Source: Obrimoposthia wandeli
Taxonomy: Eukaryota
Length of the DNA: 64,000 nucleotides
Reading direction: 5' to 3'
NCBI GenBank assembly: GCA_977020255.1
Contig: CDROCS010001334.1
Span: 248,001-312,000 of the forward strand
Shown here: piece by piece, positions 63,064 through 64,000 of the stretch
How the letters are laid out: every line of letters begins with the position of its first letter
How positions within the stretch are numbered: position 1 is the first letter of the stretch
Translations under genes and position numbers: made by a program
Notes under the pieces: generated by a model
The model's database searches: none
Seen by the model: the letters and a program-made list of their open reading frames with translations, nothing else
Told to the model about the DNA's origin: nothing

Positions 63064-63291
63064 TCACTGATCGGTAATGGGTCGCATTGTTGAAATCCAG
63101 GAGTTGATTTCAGGATAGGTCTTCATCATTTGAAGCTTTACTGTTTCTAGTTTCTTACCTTTTATGAAGTAGTCTTTGGCAGCTCGCATTTCGGCATAGT
63201 CTAATAGCACTAGTACGTATACATCGGCCAAGGACGTCGTTTTCCCGACCATGTAGCCTGTGTTTGTGACTTCAGCCAGCTTATTCAGCGA
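63064..63291 (-). CDS. Last exon of a glutathione S-transferase-like gene
   Basis: CAG acceptor, GYMVGKTTSLADVYVLVLLDY...YPEINSW resembles the GST C-terminal domain; upstream exons not seen. Confidence 0.6.
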   Translation of the reverse strand, partial: SLNKLAEVTNTGYMVGKTTSLADVYVLVLLDYAEMRAAKDYFIKGKKLETVKLQMMKTYPEINSWISTMRPITDQ

Positions 63292-63628
63292 CTGGTGAAT
63301 ATAATCAGAAAATATACATTAAGATATTCTATATCCTAAGCATAATTTATAGAACCTGGAAAAATAGTAATGTGTATATACAGCATTGACAAAATTATTT
63401 ACAAATTTATAATTTTGATTTTTGATTCATTCAACTCAACTCAACAGAACGAGGACAGCGGATTTGGTGTTTAATACAATTTGAATTATTATACAGACTT
63501 AACACCGTTTTTGATCTTAAATTACTGATTTTTCAATGTCATTTATTTGCTTAAAAATACGTTTTACAGCTATCGCCAAACATGTATTAGAAAACATCAA
63601 TCTCACTACTCAAAAAATCAAAATTAAA

Positions 63629-64000
63629 TAGGCCATGGAAAAGGGAAAAATAACGTTTATCTCGAAAAATCGCACAGTATAACTCCGATCACGTTGCAGT
63701 GATATAAAAGTCAAATCAAAAGATTCAAATTTCGCGAAAGTCGTCCGGTGACAGAAGCGCATAAAGTCTAGTGGCGTGGGTGATGTTGATGTTACACTAT
63801 TTCGCTAGTTGATGACCACAGAGAAAGCTGTTCACAATCATCGCTCAAGAATAAGATTTACATGATTTCAAACCAAACAATTGAGAAGCGATTCGAAAAT
63901 ATTTTCACAAGGATGAATTCATTCATGGCTATACAGCTGAATCTTAGGCCATGGAAAAGGGAAAAATAACGTTTATCTCGAAAAATCGCACAGTATAACT
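63629..64000 (+). repeat. Direct repeat, 316-bp period, cut by the window end
   Basis: TAGGCCATGGAAAAGGG...CAGTATAACT at 63629 and 63945. Confidence 0.8.

Overview
AT-rich eukaryotic DNA, most likely an invertebrate animal with very short (~39-50 nt) GT-AG introns; the taxon cannot be determined from the sequence. 1-14702 is the right part of a Polinton/Maverick (adintovirus-like) element: capsid C-terminus, adenain-like protease, a spliced gene with a ubiquitin-like LRGG domain that appears to continue into a protein-primed PolB (split by four homopolymer frameshifts), orphan ORFs, a duplicated 55-nt structured element, a long hairpin, repeat arrays and an ACTACT end inserted into an LTR. 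A host D-2-hydroxyglutarate dehydrogenase-like gene runs on the minus strand (six exons, 51586 to 23035; last exon not found). Its introns hold solo LTRs with 4-bp TSDs, MITEs, hAT/mariner/pogo remnants and a nested cluster of an intron-containing DD30E Tc1/IS630-like transposon. Two more Polinton-like fragments (~23660-25480, ~55560-55990) and a GST-like last exon (63064-63291) are present. No rRNA, tRNA or CRISPR was found. All family assignments are motif recognition by eye; no searches or folding programs were run.
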